From Opitutales bacterium (GTDB lineage Bacteria > Verrucomicrobiota > Verrucomicrobiia > Opitutales > PNEW01), in assembly GCA_965197745.1 (NCBI GenBank), contig CBDANS010000007.1:1504001-1568000 (forward strand): a DNA stretch of 64,000 nucleotides, read 5' to 3'. This document shows, piece after piece, positions 19,135 to 31,258 of this stretch. The position numbers and the translations under genes are program-made. Below the pieces are notes generated by a model. It had not been told where the DNA came from, ran no database searches, and was given only the letters and a program-made list of their open reading frames with translations. The first letter of the stretch is position 1. Every line of letters starts with the position of its first letter.

Positions 19135-19341
19135 ATAAAATTAATCTTTGTGTCTCTTGTGACACTGGAATATTTCAGTATGTTCGGCAGTGGCTATCTC
19201 AAATCCGCAGTCCGTACCGAGGACAAAGTCCGACATCATTCAAATCGAAAATAAAAAAAATGCTTCTCTCTATCTACCTATTCAATTGGCGATTGCGGAT
19301 TGGTTATTAACCATCTATGAAATTATAAGGTAAAGGATGTC

Positions 19342-20139
19342 ATGTTGTCGGACGGGCAGAAAATTTTTTTTAAGACATTTGGGTACCTTATCATGCGCCA
19401 GGTATTTACCGTGCAGGAAATGGATGAAATCTGTCGTGAGTCTGAACGACTTTTTCATGAGAATAGACAAGGTAAACCTTTTTCAGGCAAAAGGCGCCAG
19501 GCGGTGATGCCTTTTTTCGAAAAAAGCCCCATACTTATACGTTTTTTGGAAGATGATCGTATTAATCAGCTGGGCGTTGACCTTTTGGGGCCCGGGTTTG
19601 TCATGGTCTGCACCGAGGGTAACCTGCACGTGGGTGACACTCAATGGCACGGTGGTGGCATGGAAACTGCAGTTGTTCCACATATCAAGATTGCCCTCTA
19701 TCTGGAGCCGACAAGAAAAGACACCGGAGCCCTGCGCGTAATTCCCGGGACCAACCATCCGGAATTCAGGCAGCAACTGCAACCCCTGAAAGCCCAGTAC
19801 GATGATCCGAGCGTGCAGCCTTTCGGTATCCCCGGTGAGTTAATGCCTTGTCATTACTTCGAATCAGAACCGGGTGATATTTTCGTCTTCTCGGAAGACA
19901 CCTGGCACGCGGCATTCGGCGGCGCCCCGGGACGTTCCCAGCACGCCTTCAACTTTATGGCCAACCCGGTAACAGAAGAGGAAGTCGCCCATCTCAAGAA
20001 ACTTTATGAAGGTTGGGTTTATGCTCTACATCCCCCCGAGGAGCTAATCAACAGTGACCGACCCCGGCTCAGAGGCATGGTGGAAAAGCTATTAGAGTTT
20101 GAATTTGAACCAGCTCCACCAGCTGAAATATTCGCATGA
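19342..20139 (+). CDS. PhyH-family Fe(II)/2OG enzyme with HxG in place of HxD
   Basis: FFKTFGYL, GDTQWHGGG, GALRVIPGTNH, PGDIFVFSEDTWHAAFGG..GR. Confidence 0.85.
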   Translation: MLSDGQKIFFKTFGYLIMRQVFTVQEMDEICRESERLFHENRQGKPFSGKRRQAVMPFFEKSPILIRFLEDDRINQLGVDLLGPGFVMVCTEGNLHVGDTQWHGGGMETAVVPHIKIALYLEPTRKDTGALRVIPGTNHPEFRQQLQPLKAQYDDPSVQPFGIPGELMPCHYFESEPGDIFVFSEDTWHAAFGGAPGRSQHAFNFMANPVTEEEVAHLKKLYEGWVYALHPPEELINSDRPRLRGMVEKLLEFEFEPAPPAEIFA

Positions 20140-20171
20140 TCGGCAGCAGCAATGAAGGTTGCTCAAAGCAT

Positions 20172-21008
20172 TTAATGGCCGTTCGGGATTTGAGCCACCA
20201 GATTATAATAAATACTTTCGCCGCATTTAAGTTTTAAATAGGGGTAACTTCCCGTAGTCCCCGCAAAGAACGCTGCGGCTTTTCTAAAGGGGGTAGGGAC
20301 GGTCTCCTTAATCTTGCGTATTTTACGTTCATCGTCCTGGTGCATTGCGGCCATAACTCGATCCGTTATCATTTCTTCATCTTTAACAATGAGACCAGCC
20401 TCTTTCAAAAATATCAGTATCATATCGTAGACTACTTTTTCGATAACATCTGAACAAATAAAATAGCCTCCAGGTTTCAGGACCCGCAGCACTTCACGAG
20501 TGAAAGCTTTTTTATCAGATAATGCGTGAAAAGATTCAATACTCATAACAGCGTCAAAACTTTGTTCTTCAAATGGCATCTCCAGGGCGTTACCGTTAAT
20601 AAATTTTAGGCCAGGGGCCTGGTAATTACGATTGCAGAAATTCACCCCGTTTCGCGTCAATTCAAGACCGGTCATTGATTGAGGGTTGTGATTGCGATGG
20701 ACAAACGAAGTTCCACCTCCACGGCCCGATCCTACTTCCAGCACATCCAAGCCTTTCAGTGGGACTTTTGATGCTGAATAATGATACAGTGATAAGGGCA
20801 GTCGTTCTTTCTCCACTCCGGGTTTCAGTTCGGGTAAATCAGATTCTTTCAAAGGAAGGTACCCGTAATTTATACATCGCCAGTCCGAATGATTCCGATA
20901 GAGGAAATTAAGCATTTCATAATAGACACGTGTATAGTATCGCCATTTTCTTATCCTGCGATAACTGCGGACAAAAAAGTTATTTCTTTTTATTTCGAGT
21001 TCCGTCAC
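20172..21008 (-). CDS. Class I SAM-dependent methyltransferase
   Basis: INYGY, VLEVGSGRGGG, GNALEMPFEEQSFDAV, RVLKPGG. Confidence 0.9.
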   Translation of the reverse strand: MTELEIKRNNFFVRSYRRIRKWRYYTRVYYEMLNFLYRNHSDWRCINYGYLPLKESDLPELKPGVEKERLPLSLYHYSASKVPLKGLDVLEVGSGRGGGTSFVHRNHNPQSMTGLELTRNGVNFCNRNYQAPGLKFINGNALEMPFEEQSFDAVMSIESFHALSDKKAFTREVLRVLKPGGYFICSDVIEKVVYDMILIFLKEAGLIVKDEEMITDRVMAAMHQDDERKIRKIKETVPTPFRKAAAFFAGTTGSYPYLKLKCGESIYYNLVAQIPNGH

Positions 21009-21060
21009 GGGTATTATTTATCAATGATGTTAACTTAGAGAGATAAGCGTGTTACGGTGT

Positions 21061-21249
21061 TCAGACTTGATCGAGTTTCTGGCAACCTGGATTATCAACC
21101 TGCTTTTCTTCACCATCAGATCCACAGATGGCGCAACCACCGAGTCCGCCGCAACTGCCTTTGAGGCGACGTTTGCCAAAGATCACCCCAATAGCCATAG
21201 CGAAAATAAATGTAGCGAAAAATAATAATGTAATAAAGAACAATTTCAT
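21061..21249 (-). CDS. nqrM: (Na+)-NQR maturation factor NqrM
   Basis: TM helix, then MAIGVIFG..LKGSCGGLGGC..C; lies directly after apbE in the nqr operon. Confidence 0.85.
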   Translation of the reverse strand: MKLFFITLLFFATFIFAMAIGVIFGKRRLKGSCGGLGGCAICGSDGEEKQVDNPGCQKLDQV

Positions 21250-21255
21250 GGTCTT

Positions 21256-22311
21256 TTACTCCTTATCCTGATGTTCACTTTTGAAATGTGATGTTTCCTT
21301 TTCCAAAAATCCATTTTCTTCTTTAATGATAAATAATGCCGCTATGTTTTCTTTTTCAGCTAATTGGAACCCTTCCTCGGGCCCGAGAACAATAAGCGCG
21401 GTGGCCAATGCATCGGCTTGCATACAGGAAGTGTCAAGCACCGTAACGGAGGCGAGGCGATGCTGGATAGGCTGGCCTGTTCTTGGGTTAATCTCATGGG
21501 AATACCTTTTACCGTCTTTAACAAAATAGTTTCTATAATCTCCGGATGTGGCAATAGACTGATCTTTAAGGGTAATGAATTTATGTATCGCTTTATTGTC
21601 TATTATAGGGCTTTCGATGGCAATATTCCAGAGTGTTTCATTATTTTTTCTTCCACTGGTCTTTATTTCCCCTCCTATATCCACAATGTAGTTTGTTATT
21701 CCGAGAGTTTCCAGAAAATTTGCGATGGAGTCTACGCCAAATCCTTTAGCTATCCCGGATAAATCAACATAAAGGTCTATGAGGTCTTTTTTTAAGGCAG
21801 GAGGGGAGAGACGCGACTCCAGGTGACGGGAGCCTACTTTCATTAAGGCATTATTTATATTATCCGGGCTGGGGATCTCATTCTTACCCCCAGGGGGACC
21901 AAAACCCCATAGGTTTACCAATGGCCCAACTGTTATATCAAATGCGCCTTCAGTTAACCGGTGAATTTTAAGCCCTTCTGATACCACCATTGCCGTTTCG
22001 ACGGAAACGGGAAACCAGTCTGTATTTTTATAGTTATTAAAACGTGAAAGTTCTGAGTCGGATATATAGGTGGACATCTGAGAGTTGATCTTATCCAGGA
22101 GTATCTCAATGTCGGCCTTTAATTCCCCTTCCTCAAGAGAGGAGCGCAACGACGCCACGGTGACTCTGTAATAGGTCCCCATGGTAAGCCCCGACAGGGT
22201 AGTGGAATGATCTACAGGCGCAGACGGAGAGGGTTTACTACAGTGAAAGAGAGCTAAGCTGTAGAAAATAAATAACCAAACTACGAATAAAGATTTTAAA
22301 TAAGATAACAT
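21256..22311 (-). CDS. apbE: FAD:protein FMN transferase ApbE
   Basis: TMGT, GAFDITVGPLVNLWGFG, DLSGIAKGFGVD, ATSGDYRN, YSHEINP, ADALATA. Confidence 0.95.
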   Translation of the reverse strand: MLSYLKSLFVVWLFIFYSLALFHCSKPSPSAPVDHSTTLSGLTMGTYYRVTVASLRSSLEEGELKADIEILLDKINSQMSTYISDSELSRFNNYKNTDWFPVSVETAMVVSEGLKIHRLTEGAFDITVGPLVNLWGFGPPGGKNEIPSPDNINNALMKVGSRHLESRLSPPALKKDLIDLYVDLSGIAKGFGVDSIANFLETLGITNYIVDIGGEIKTSGRKNNETLWNIAIESPIIDNKAIHKFITLKDQSIATSGDYRNYFVKDGKRYSHEINPRTGQPIQHRLASVTVLDTSCMQADALATALIVLGPEEGFQLAEKENIAALFIIKEENGFLEKETSHFKSEHQDKE

Positions 22312-22415
22312 AATTCCAATTCAACTCCTGGGGGAATTTACGACCCTTTCAATATATTATGATCATTGAATGGAATTTATACTTGAGCAAGGGACGGGAT
22401 AAGTTCCGAAAAATA

Positions 22416-23654
22416 TTATCCACCAAAATCATCGAAGAGGATATTTTCTTCTTCAACGCCGAGGTCGGTGAGCATATTAATGACCGCTGAGTTCATCATG
22501 GGGGGCCCACAAATATAATATTCGCAATCTTCCGGTGCCGGGTGACCTTTAAGATAATTATCGTAGAGGACCTGATGGATAAATCCCGTATAGCCTTCCC
22601 AGTTGTCTTCCGGCAATGGTTCAGACAAGGCGACATGCCAGGTGAAATTATCATGTTTTTCCTGGAGCATATCATAGTCCTCGACATAAAACATTTCCCG
22701 CAAACTCCGGGCCCCATACCAGAAGGTAATTTTCCTTTTTGAATGTAAGCGACTGAGTTGATCAAAGATATGAGATCGCATCGGGGCCATACCCGCGCCA
22801 CCCCCGACAAAAATCATTTCGGCATCCGTTTCTTTGGCAAAGAATTCCCCAAAAGGTCCGGAAATGGTGACTTCATCTCCCGGTTTCAGATTGTAAATAT
22901 AGGAGGACATTTTGCCCGGGGGCAGCCCCTCTGGCGCTCGTGGGGGAGGAGTCGCAATTCGAACATTGAGCATGATAATTCCTTTTTCTTCCGGAAAATT
23001 AGCCATGGAATAAGCTCTGAATACCTCTTCATCGACAACCGATGTATAACGCCAGATATTAAATTTATCCCAGTCCGGTTTGTACTCATCATCAATATCG
23101 AAGTCTTTAAAATTGACAGCATGGGGCGGGCATTCGATCTGGATAAACCCACCCGCGCGAAAATCGACATTATCACCTGGTGGAAGCTCAAGTATCAGTT
23201 CTTTTATAAAGGTGGCGACGTCATCGTTGGAGCGGACTTTGCATTTCCATTTTTTGACTTCAAATACTTCAGCCGGAACTTCAATTTTCATGTCCTGCTT
23301 GACGGATACCGCGCAGGATAGCCGCGTGCCCTCGCGCGCTTCTCGCTTTGTAATGTGAGAAAGCTCTGTGGAAAGTATATCACCGCCTCCTTCATTAATT
23401 TTCACCCTGCACTGACCACAGGTACCCCCCCCACCACACGCGGATGAAACGAATATTTTCTCCGAGGCAAGGACGTTCAACAATTTGCCACCAGCGGGGA
23501 CAATTATTGATTTGTCCGGGTCATCGTTGATCATAATGTTCACGTTGCCGCTTTGGACCAGTTTAGCTTTGGCAATGAGTATGAATACCACGAGGAACAG
23601 CACGACGGTGGTAAACATGGTAACACCCAAAAGAATTTGTAAAATGTCAGACAC
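22416..23654 (-). CDS. nqrF: Na+-translocating NADH:quinone reductase subunit F
   Basis: [12 protein letters not shown] 2Fe-2S motif, [31 protein letters not shown]-terminus DDFGG. Confidence 0.97.
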   Translation of the reverse strand: MSDILQILLGVTMFTTVVLFLVVFILIAKAKLVQSGNVNIMINDDPDKSIIVPAGGKLLNVLASEKIFVSSACGGGGTCGQCRVKINEGGGDILSTELSHITKREAREGTRLSCAVSVKQDMKIEVPAEVFEVKKWKCKVRSNDDVATFIKELILELPPGDNVDFRAGGFIQIECPPHAVNFKDFDIDDEYKPDWDKFNIWRYTSVVDEEVFRAYSMANFPEEKGIIMLNVRIATPPPRAPEGLPPGKMSSYIYNLKPGDEVTISGPFGEFFAKETDAEMIFVGGGAGMAPMRSHIFDQLSRLHSKRKITFWYGARSLREMFYVEDYDMLQEKHDNFTWHVALSEPLPEDNWEGYTGFIHQVLYDNYLKGHPAPEDCEYYICGPPMMNSAVINMLTDLGVEEENILFDDFGG

Positions 23655-23681
23655 TTCTGTTTCTTCCTTTTTCCCTGATTA

Positions 23682-24293
23682 CTAAAGCTGAATTCCGGAA
23701 AAAGCCATAAAGGCCAATGACATTAATCCAACCGTAATAAAAGTGATACCCAGTCCCTTGAGACCATCAGGAATATCACTGTATTTCAGTTTCTCGCGTA
23801 TACCCGCCAGACCGGCAATAGCGATGGCCCAGCCGAAACCGGTGCCAAAACCAAAAACCACACTTTCGGAAAAATTATAATCGCGTTGCACCATAAATAG
23901 GGACCCACCAAGAATAGCACAATTCACGGTAATGAGGGGCAGAAATATTCCCAAAGCGTTATAGAGAGCAGGGACAAATTTATCTAATATCATTTCCAGA
24001 ATCTGTATCATGGCGGCGATGACACCGATATAGGAGATAAAACCAAGAAATGAAAGATCGGCGCCATGAATCCCTGCCCAGGTAAGCGCATCCTCCTTAA
24101 GAAGATATTGATAGATCAGATTATTCGCGGGGATAGTGACGGTCTGGACCACGATTACCGCTATTCCTAAACCGATGGCGGTGTCGACTTTTTTGGAAAC
24201 TGCGAGAAAAGTGCACATCCCGAGGAAGAAGGCCAAGGCCATATTTTCAACAAAGACAGAGGTAAAAAATATACTGAGATAGTTTTCAATCAT
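23682..24293 (-). CDS. nqrE: Na+-NQR subunit E
   Basis: [32 protein letters not shown]-terminus FSGIQL. Start placed at ATG 24293 (MIENYLS) rather than 24329, which overlaps nqrD. Confidence 0.95.
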   Translation of the reverse strand: MIENYLSIFFTSVFVENMALAFFLGMCTFLAVSKKVDTAIGLGIAVIVVQTVTIPANNLIYQYLLKEDALTWAGIHGADLSFLGFISYIGVIAAMIQILEMILDKFVPALYNALGIFLPLITVNCAILGGSLFMVQRDYNFSESVVFGFGTGFGWAIAIAGLAGIREKLKYSDIPDGLKGLGITFITVGLMSLAFMAFSGIQL

Positions 24294-24298
24294 GGGTA

Positions 24299-24922
24299 TT
24301 AATCTTCCTCCACTTGTTCCTCTTTCCAACTCCTTAAGATCCAGATAAAGAATCCTATGATAAAGAATGCACTGGGGGGCAGCAGCATCATGCCATTAGA
24401 TACATACCATCCCCCTTCAGTGGAGAGCGGGAGAATAACAAAGCCGTATAATCGGCCGGACCCAAACAGTTCTCGGAGAACACCGACGACAATAAGAATC
24501 AGGCTATATCCTAACCCGTTACCAATTCCATCAAGGAAACTCCGAAAGACCGACTCTTTCATGGCGAAGGCTTCGGCTCTTCCCATAACGATACAATTGG
24601 TGATTATCAATCCGACAAAAATGGAGAGCTGCTTGCTGATGTCATAAGCAAAAGCTTTAAGGATCTGATCAACGATGATGACGAGTGAAGCGATGATTGT
24701 CATCTGAACGATTATCCTGATGCTAGTAGGGATATGATTCCGAATAAAGCTGACGCTGGCATTAGACAGTCCCAGGACAAAAATTACGGCGACAGCCATG
24801 ACGAATACCGTTTCCAGCTTGGTGGTAATGGCTAACGCAGAGCAAATGCCAAGCACTTGAAGCGCAATTGGATTATTGTTAAAGAGTGGGTCCAGTAGAA
24901 CTTTGGATGATTTACTAGCCAT
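24299..24922 (-). CDS. nqrD: Na+-NQR subunit D
   Basis: [33 protein letters not shown]. Confidence 0.97.
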   Translation of the reverse strand: MASKSSKVLLDPLFNNNPIALQVLGICSALAITTKLETVFVMAVAVIFVLGLSNASVSFIRNHIPTSIRIIVQMTIIASLVIIVDQILKAFAYDISKQLSIFVGLIITNCIVMGRAEAFAMKESVFRSFLDGIGNGLGYSLILIVVGVLRELFGSGRLYGFVILPLSTEGGWYVSNGMMLLPPSAFFIIGFFIWILRSWKEEQVEED

Positions 24923-25700
24923 GGTTTACTGATTCACTGTTTCTTAATTTATTTAAAAAAGGTTCAAATCCATTATCCCCCAGCCAGTATTGGAGAAGGC
25001 CTGATATTCCACGACTCGTGATCGTGGCTCCCGATAAACCATCCACCTGGTATTGAATAATGGGACTGCTGGGATTCACTTTTCCTTTAAGGACTTCTAT
25101 GCGGGTGTTCCATTTATCGTCAAATGCTTTTTTCCCAACCCATTGAGCTTTCCAGAGAGGATTATCAACTTCGCCTCCCAATCCCGGGGTTTCCCCGTGT
25201 TCATAAAAGGCAAAACCATTAATGGTACTCAAGTCCGCATCCAAAGCAAGAAACCCGTATAAGGTGGACCAAAGCCCTCTTCCATGAACGGGAAGAATCA
25301 ATTGTTGCAAATTTCCTGCTTCATCTTTGGCGATGTAGACGAGCGCAAATTTCGATCGGCGTTTGTTACCCCCGAAATCCACTTCTTTCGGAATACCTAT
25401 TCCGAATTCCTGGCTTTTCGCGGCTTTTCGTTGATCAAAAATCTGGGCGTCAATCTCGTCATTAAATTCCCCGGTGGTGAGTTCAACCACCTTGATTTCA
25501 AATTCTCCAAAGAGCTCATCAATGGACTTACCCTCTTCCAGAAGACCCGCCGCCATGAGGATGTTTTTCTTTCTGTCCAAATCCTTATTTTTTATCTGGT
25601 TGGATTTCAGGAAAACCGCGGCGCCGGAGACAAATATAGAACAGACGATGGAAACCAGTCCCGCTACAATAAAGGTCTTTGATATCGTATCTTTAGCCAT
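24915..25700 (-). CDS. nqrC: Na+-NQR subunit C
   Basis: [31 protein letters not shown]-attachment motif. Confidence 0.96.
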   Translation of the reverse strand: MAKDTISKTFIVAGLVSIVCSIFVSGAAVFLKSNQIKNKDLDRKKNILMAAGLLEEGKSIDELFGEFEIKVVELTTGEFNDEIDAQIFDQRKAAKSQEFGIGIPKEVDFGGNKRRSKFALVYIAKDEAGNLQQLILPVHGRGLWSTLYGFLALDADLSTINGFAFYEHGETPGLGGEVDNPLWKAQWVGKKAFDDKWNTRIEVLKGKVNPSSPIIQYQVDGLSGATITSRGISGLLQYWLGDNGFEPFLNKLRNSESVNHG

Positions 25701-26904
25701 ATCGAAGCTTCCTTTTTTTAATGTGCGCGTTCACTACCAGGTAGTCAATGACGGGCGCGAATACATTGCCGAAGAGGATCGAGAGCATCATCCCTTCGGG
25801 GAAAGCGGGATTAATGACACGGACGAGGATGACAAGAAAGCCAATAAGGAAACCATAGATCCATTTTCCCGTATCAGTCATAGCGGCAGATACGGGATCG
25901 GTTGCCATAAAGACAAGGCCGAAAGCAAATCCGCCAAGGACCAAATGCCATGCCGGGCTCATCGCAAACATGGAGTTCGTTTCACTTCCAATCGTAAAGA
26001 GAAAACCGGAAGTAACGAGAGCGCCTATTAACAACGAGAGCATAATGCGCCATGAGCCGACACCGGTAAGGACAAGCAATGCGGCTCCGATGAGGCAAGC
26101 CAGCGTGGACGTCTCACCCATCGAACCTTGAATCTGTCCGAAAAAGGCCTGCTTCCAACTGATTGCCGCAGTGAGATCTTCCATGCTTTCAGCAGCGACA
26201 AGACCAAGGGGAGTGGCTCCACTGAAACCGTCAACAGCGGTCCAGACGAAATCTCCAGACATCTGCGCGGGGTAAGCGAAAAAGACAAAGGCGCGGGCCG
26301 TAAGCGCGGGATTGAGAAAATTTTTCCCTGTTCCTCCGAATATCTCTTTGCCCACAACCACGCCAAAGGTAATACCAACGGCTACTTGCCAGAGGGGAAT
26401 GGTGGGCGGAAGGGTTAGGGGGAAAAGCAAACCGGTTACAAGAAAACCTTCGTTAACTTCGTGTTTTCTAATGGCCGCAAATATCACTTCCCAAATACCA
26501 CCCACGATATTACAAACGAGGAAGACGGGTATAAAATAAAGCGCTCCATGGAGAATGTTCGAAATTATACTCTGCGCATCATAACCCACACCCAATGTTT
26601 GCATGACAATACCCCGCCATCCGGGCACTGATAACACTCCCATTTCTACGATAGCGGTATTGGCTTGATAACCGGTATTGTAGATGGCCATGAAGATGCA
26701 CGGAACAAGGGAAATGGCGACCGTGATCATCATGCGTTTCAAGTCCATTCCGTCCCGCACGTGAGTAGCCCCTTGGGTGACCTGTCCCGGTGAATAAAGA
26801 AAGGTATCAATCGCTTCATAAAGCGGGTAAAGTTTTTCCAACTTTCCGCCTTTAGCGAAGTGGGGGTGTAAACTATCCAGTGATTTTCTTAAAATTTTCA
26901 TCAA
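25693..26904 (-). CDS. nqrB: Na+-NQR subunit B
   Basis: [45 protein letters not shown]. Confidence 0.97.
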   Translation of the reverse strand: MMKILRKSLDSLHPHFAKGGKLEKLYPLYEAIDTFLYSPGQVTQGATHVRDGMDLKRMMITVAISLVPCIFMAIYNTGYQANTAIVEMGVLSVPGWRGIVMQTLGVGYDAQSIISNILHGALYFIPVFLVCNIVGGIWEVIFAAIRKHEVNEGFLVTGLLFPLTLPPTIPLWQVAVGITFGVVVGKEIFGGTGKNFLNPALTARAFVFFAYPAQMSGDFVWTAVDGFSGATPLGLVAAESMEDLTAAISWKQAFFGQIQGSMGETSTLACLIGAALLVLTGVGSWRIMLSLLIGALVTSGFLFTIGSETNSMFAMSPAWHLVLGGFAFGLVFMATDPVSAAMTDTGKWIYGFLIGFLVILVRVINPAFPEGMMLSILFGNVFAPVIDYLVVNAHIKKRKLRYG

Positions 26905-28247
26905 CCCTCTATTTCGATACGCGTAAGATTTTGCCTTAATATTGGACCATAATCAGATTTACCGGGGCAGACGAATGTAGATAGAGCCAGGTCTTCTTCA
27001 TCAAGTTCCAGGCACCCTAATGCTTGAGCTTGATCGGTGTCTTCGACGATGAGTGCCCGCAGAAGAAATGTAATAAATATATCCATGGGCATGATTTTCT
27101 CATACATACCAATGGGAACCATGGCACGCGGACTTCCTTCCGTCGATGAGGTGAAACCAAATTTTTTCCCCGGTATAAATTTTGAAATAAAAGTAGGTTT
27201 GACCGAAAATTTATCAAAGCCGGGACGGTGCCAATCCATGAACACGCGCTCCCGATTTTCAGCGATGACGCTGATTTGAAGATGATAGCGGCCAAGAAAA
27301 GCAAATGGACCATCAGCATGATGCCCATATAATACAGAACCCGAGATGACGCGTGTTTCACCATCTATCAATTCATTGGCGACAATGTCTTCAATATTCG
27401 CCCCTATGCGCGTGCGCAGCAGGCGCGGGCGATTTACCATGGGGCCGGCGAGAGAAATAATTCTCTCCACATCAATATTCCCGGTCGTGAAGAGGGAGCC
27501 TATGGCCATGACGTCCTGGTAATTTAAATGCCAAACCGTTTTCCTGGTGCTGACAGGATCAAGAAAATGAATGTGCGTTCCCACCAGACCCGCGGGATGG
27601 GGCCCATTAAAATCAGCCGTTGTGACAAAATCCAAATCGGCACCGGGCAGAGAAATACCGGTCTCATGACAGAGATAAAGTTTTCCATCAGTAAGTTTTG
27701 AGATAAGTGTTAATCCATTGATAAAATCTTTATCTCTCCCTTGAATAATAAGATGGGGTTGCAGGGCCAGGGGATTGGTATCCATGGCATTGACGAATAT
27801 AGATTGAGGGATGGTTTCGGGTGCCGGCACCTTGCTGTAAGGTCGAGTTCGAAATACAGGCCATAGACCGGAAGCGAGCAGATTTTCTTTAACCTCCTCT
27901 CGAGTAAGATTCGAAATCCTCTCACTCGAATAGGAAGTGAAAGTTTCCTCATCATTGCCACTTACTTCAATGACCACGGATAGCAAGGCTCTTTTATCAC
28001 CGCGATTAATGGCAATAACCTTACCGCAGGCTGGGGAGGTGTAGCGTACTCCCGGGGTTTTTTTGTCAGTAAAAAGGAGCTGTCCCAGCTTCACCGGATC
28101 ATCGACTTTTACCGCCATCGTGGGTTTCATTGCCACATATTCAGTGCCGATCACCGCAACGGTCTTAACCGTAGCAGCTTCTTCAACTGTTAACTCGGGC
28201 TCTCCCTTAAAAGGTAAATTTAACCCTCTTTTAATATTATAAGACAA
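26901..28247 (-). CDS. nqrA: Na+-NQR subunit A
   Basis: [54 protein letters not shown] start with AGGAG RBS. Confidence 0.96.
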   Translation of the reverse strand: MSYNIKRGLNLPFKGEPELTVEEAATVKTVAVIGTEYVAMKPTMAVKVDDPVKLGQLLFTDKKTPGVRYTSPACGKVIAINRGDKRALLSVVIEVSGNDEETFTSYSSERISNLTREEVKENLLASGLWPVFRTRPYSKVPAPETIPQSIFVNAMDTNPLALQPHLIIQGRDKDFINGLTLISKLTDGKLYLCHETGISLPGADLDFVTTADFNGPHPAGLVGTHIHFLDPVSTRKTVWHLNYQDVMAIGSLFTTGNIDVERIISLAGPMVNRPRLLRTRIGANIEDIVANELIDGETRVISGSVLYGHHADGPFAFLGRYHLQISVIAENRERVFMDWHRPGFDKFSVKPTFISKFIPGKKFGFTSSTEGSPRAMVPIGMYEKIMPMDIFITFLLRALIVEDTDQAQALGCLELDEEDLALSTFVCPGKSDYGPILRQNLTRIEIEG

Positions 28248-28503
28248 ACCTGCTCCTAGTTCTTATTTTAATATGTATTTTCAAGATATTGCCGAATTGG
28301 TTATACAATTTCCAGCCCACGAAGGTAGCCGATTTTTAGGGAGTTCAATATAAGAGGAAATTAAAAACGTGAATTTATATTTTCTAATACTAAATGCAAG
28401 TAAGTTGCCCAATATTTTCAACTAATGAAAGCATCTATTAGTAGATACAAAAACTTCAATCAGATCAGCTTCATCCATACGAACAATTTATAGGCATAAG
28501 TAT

Positions 28504-28663
28504 CTTCGTCTTCGTCTGCCTCGTCGTCTTCGTCCCTGCATTATTTTTCTGGAGGGACGCACTCCGTTGCGTCCGCTGGGAAGTTTGAGATATTACCTCA
28601 GAGTTATTTCAATTATTTAATTTATCAGGGGGCAATGACGCAGACGAAGACGCGGACGAAGAG
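28504..28663. repeat. CTTCGT hexamer repeats and their inverse, enclosing a GGAG-type REP
   Basis: cttcgtcttcgtctgcctcgtcgtcttcgtc ... ggagggacgcactccgttgcgtccg ... gacgcagacgaagacgcggacgaagag. The same cttcgtcttcgtc occurs at ~13132. Confidence 0.6.
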
Positions 28664-28668
28664 GAATA

Positions 28669-29955
28669 TCAATAAACACCTTTAGCTTTTTGAATAGCGT
28701 CAGTGGTCAAATCCGGCTCCCAAAGCCACAAACAATAGCCGTCAAAACCATTTTCCCTTAAGCATAGGATCTTTTCCTTCAAGCTATCGAGGTCATGATT
28801 GTAAAGCCATACGTAGGGATACATGGGAATCTTCCCTTGCAGGGATTGAAGATGTTTCATCTGTCGTCCAATCGTTGAAAGATCAAAGGTGTCTGAGTAA
28901 TACATGTCTTCTTCCTTGGGATAACTGGGCTGATAAACTTCAGGTCCCGGTCCGAGATCACACAGCTCGTGTATCCCCTTTCGTAATACCGTGGCATCCC
29001 CTCGCTTGGATTCATTTGTAATTTGGTCAACAGCAAGGGGAATGATGGAACCCGTAAAATATTCAGGAAACTTGGGAGCGACCCAGTCGTAGAGGGTATA
29101 GATCTCATCATAAGCGGTGCCAAAAAGCCTGGAAACTGAAGGGAGAAAAAACTCCAGTCCAATCTTAAGGTCCGGTTGGTGATCTTTTGCCGCAGCGCGG
29201 CAACCTTCAGTTATTTTTTTTATGAATGCAGTTAAAGCATTCATGCGAAATTTTATCCATATCGCCAATTGAGGTCTTTCCATTAAAAAGTTCAGGATAC
29301 CATCAGGAGTATTAGCAAAATGGTGTTTCAGTTTTTCCGTGGAGGAAGCCAGAAAAAGATAAAATGCTTCTACTTCCTGTTTCATTTTCTCAAAGTCGAT
29401 TCCTTGAGCCTCTGCTTTATCCCGACAGTGATTACAAAAACAGAGGAACATACCCTTGAGCCCATGGCGCGGCCAGACCGGATATTCGACATGATTCAGG
29501 TGTACGCTATCAAGGGTTGACCATGTGGCGACTGTTTCACGTATCATCGTCTCTCCCCATTGCAAGACTTCGGGATTATTGGGACAGCCGTGTAAGATCG
29601 AGGCATCCTCTTTCGCATTGCGATCGGTAATATCAACCATTCTCAGCTTATCGAGATCAGTGAAAGAGGGATGCAGTGGACAAATATTAGAAGTGACCTT
29701 GAACCCTTTATCTTTTGCCAGGCTAAGAAATGACATCATGGAAGCGTATTCGTCGTCGGTGACCTTTGGAGGGCCCGGACCCTGAAAAGCATTAATTGAT
29801 GGAAGGATTAACGGTGCGCCTTCACGTCTCCATCCCCAGCAGGTGTTACTTACGGTGATGACATTAATATCGGTCCAATTTGCGAGATCGTCGAGGACAC
29901 GCTCCGGCTCCTTTAGTGCAACCGGCCAGTGCATAAACAATGATTTTATCGACAT
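28669..29955 (-). CDS. Hypothetical protein, probable glycoside-hydrolase-like TIM barrel
   Basis: 428-aa ORF with GCPNNPEV, DSVHLNHVEYP and CFCNHC, resembling GH-like barrels with a Cys cluster. Co-oriented with the upstream genes. Confidence 0.6.
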   Translation of the reverse strand: MSIKSLFMHWPVALKEPERVLDDLANWTDINVITVSNTCWGWRREGAPLILPSINAFQGPGPPKVTDDEYASMMSFLSLAKDKGFKVTSNICPLHPSFTDLDKLRMVDITDRNAKEDASILHGCPNNPEVLQWGETMIRETVATWSTLDSVHLNHVEYPVWPRHGLKGMFLCFCNHCRDKAEAQGIDFEKMKQEVEAFYLFLASSTEKLKHHFANTPDGILNFLMERPQLAIWIKFRMNALTAFIKKITEGCRAAAKDHQPDLKIGLEFFLPSVSRLFGTAYDEIYTLYDWVAPKFPEYFTGSIIPLAVDQITNESKRGDATVLRKGIHELCDLGPGPEVYQPSYPKEEDMYYSDTFDLSTIGRQMKHLQSLQGKIPMYPYVWLYNHDLDSLKEKILCLRENGFDGYCLWLWEPDLTTDAIQKAKGVY

Positions 29956-29993
29956 GGCCGAACAGTAATCATGCGCAATTTTAAATGAGCAGA

Positions 29994-31187
29994 TTAAATA
30001 TCTTCACTGATTTTCTCTTTAGGTACTTCCGTGAAACTAAAGCGCTCATCCGCGGCCCGGCACGAGGCTTCGGGCAAACTAAGTTCGCGTTTTACCGTAT
30101 TTGCTCCCATTACCGTGGATACGCATTTATAGAAAGCTATTCTTCGTGAAATTCCTTCCCGACCGAAGCCGCAATCCGAGGAGAGAACCAGTCGTTCGGG
30201 AGGAATGTAATTTAAAGCTTTTCGGATGAGATCAGCGACGAGGTCTGGGGGTTCTACCACGGTATTTGTATGGTTGACGACACCGACGCCAATTTTTTTG
30301 GAAGATTCATGCTTACCAATCTGTTCAAGGTCTTTCCCGAAAGTACTGGCACATTCAAAAGTAATAACATCTGCATTCATATTAAAAAAATGGGGAATCG
30401 CATTTTCGTAAGATGGTGGGATCCATGATCCACGCTGCTGATTGGGGTTTCCCCAACAGGTATGAACCCATATCTCGGCATCGAGCCCCTCAACTTCGCG
30501 ATTGAAAGCTTCAGTAAAGAATTCCAGGTCTTTATCTTTAATATTATCCCTGAGAGCGAGGAAATGATGCATCGGTTCTTCTACTTGAATTAGGGTGCAA
30601 CCTGAGGCCACCATTGCTTTATACTCTTCATTCATAATAGCACTCAGATCCATGATCAGTTCCCTGTCTGACGGGTAGAATTTATTCCAGATCATGGCAT
30701 TCAGACTCTGGGCACAAACGGCGCCAAATTTAACCGGTTTATGCGTCAATTTCTGAGCAGTTTTCCAAATCGCATCATATTGGAGAGGGCCGCGGGTTAC
30801 TTTGTCTACGAGGTAGGGGGCCTGATAAGCTTCCTGTACCTCCCACATGATGCGGCCGGGCGCGATTCCATGACTCGACATAAAACCCTTAGCCAAATCC
30901 GAGAAACCGCTAAAACCTCCCAGTCGTTCGAGGACGTAGAAGAACCAGGATTTGCCCCCCACCTGGAGATCAAAGCGGGTGTCCCCATCGGTTAGAATAT
31001 CGAGGCCAGCGGTATCCTGGTCGGTTAATATCGTAGCGACTGCATCGAGGTACTGTTCGCGATAGAGACTGTCTCCCATCGCCTCTTTGAATGTGCGTCC
31101 GTGTAAAGACTGGTTAAACCAGTTTGGTTTGGGATAAGAACCGGTTGTAGTGGTAGGAAGGACCAGGTCCTGAGTCACTTTAAACAT
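29994..31187 (-). CDS. Cobalamin-independent methionine synthase II (MetE C-terminal-like) family protein
   Basis: TTGSYPKP, GLDILTDGD, Zn-ligand motifs HTCWGN, FEC and SSDCGFG. Confidence 0.88.
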   Translation of the reverse strand: MFKVTQDLVLPTTTTGSYPKPNWFNQSLHGRTFKEAMGDSLYREQYLDAVATILTDQDTAGLDILTDGDTRFDLQVGGKSWFFYVLERLGGFSGFSDLAKGFMSSHGIAPGRIMWEVQEAYQAPYLVDKVTRGPLQYDAIWKTAQKLTHKPVKFGAVCAQSLNAMIWNKFYPSDRELIMDLSAIMNEEYKAMVASGCTLIQVEEPMHHFLALRDNIKDKDLEFFTEAFNREVEGLDAEIWVHTCWGNPNQQRGSWIPPSYENAIPHFFNMNADVITFECASTFGKDLEQIGKHESSKKIGVGVVNHTNTVVEPPDLVADLIRKALNYIPPERLVLSSDCGFGREGISRRIAFYKCVSTVMGANTVKRELSLPEASCRAADERFSFTEVPKEKISEDI

Positions 31188-31258
31188 TGTTTTTCCTCTT
31201 TATCTTACCACTACGAAATCGATTTAAATATTCATTGTCCTGAATCAATGCCTGGGCA

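Noticed and set aside
21061..28247. nqr operon as a novelty
   Set aside because: Canonical nqrABCDEF-apbE-nqrM order and motifs.
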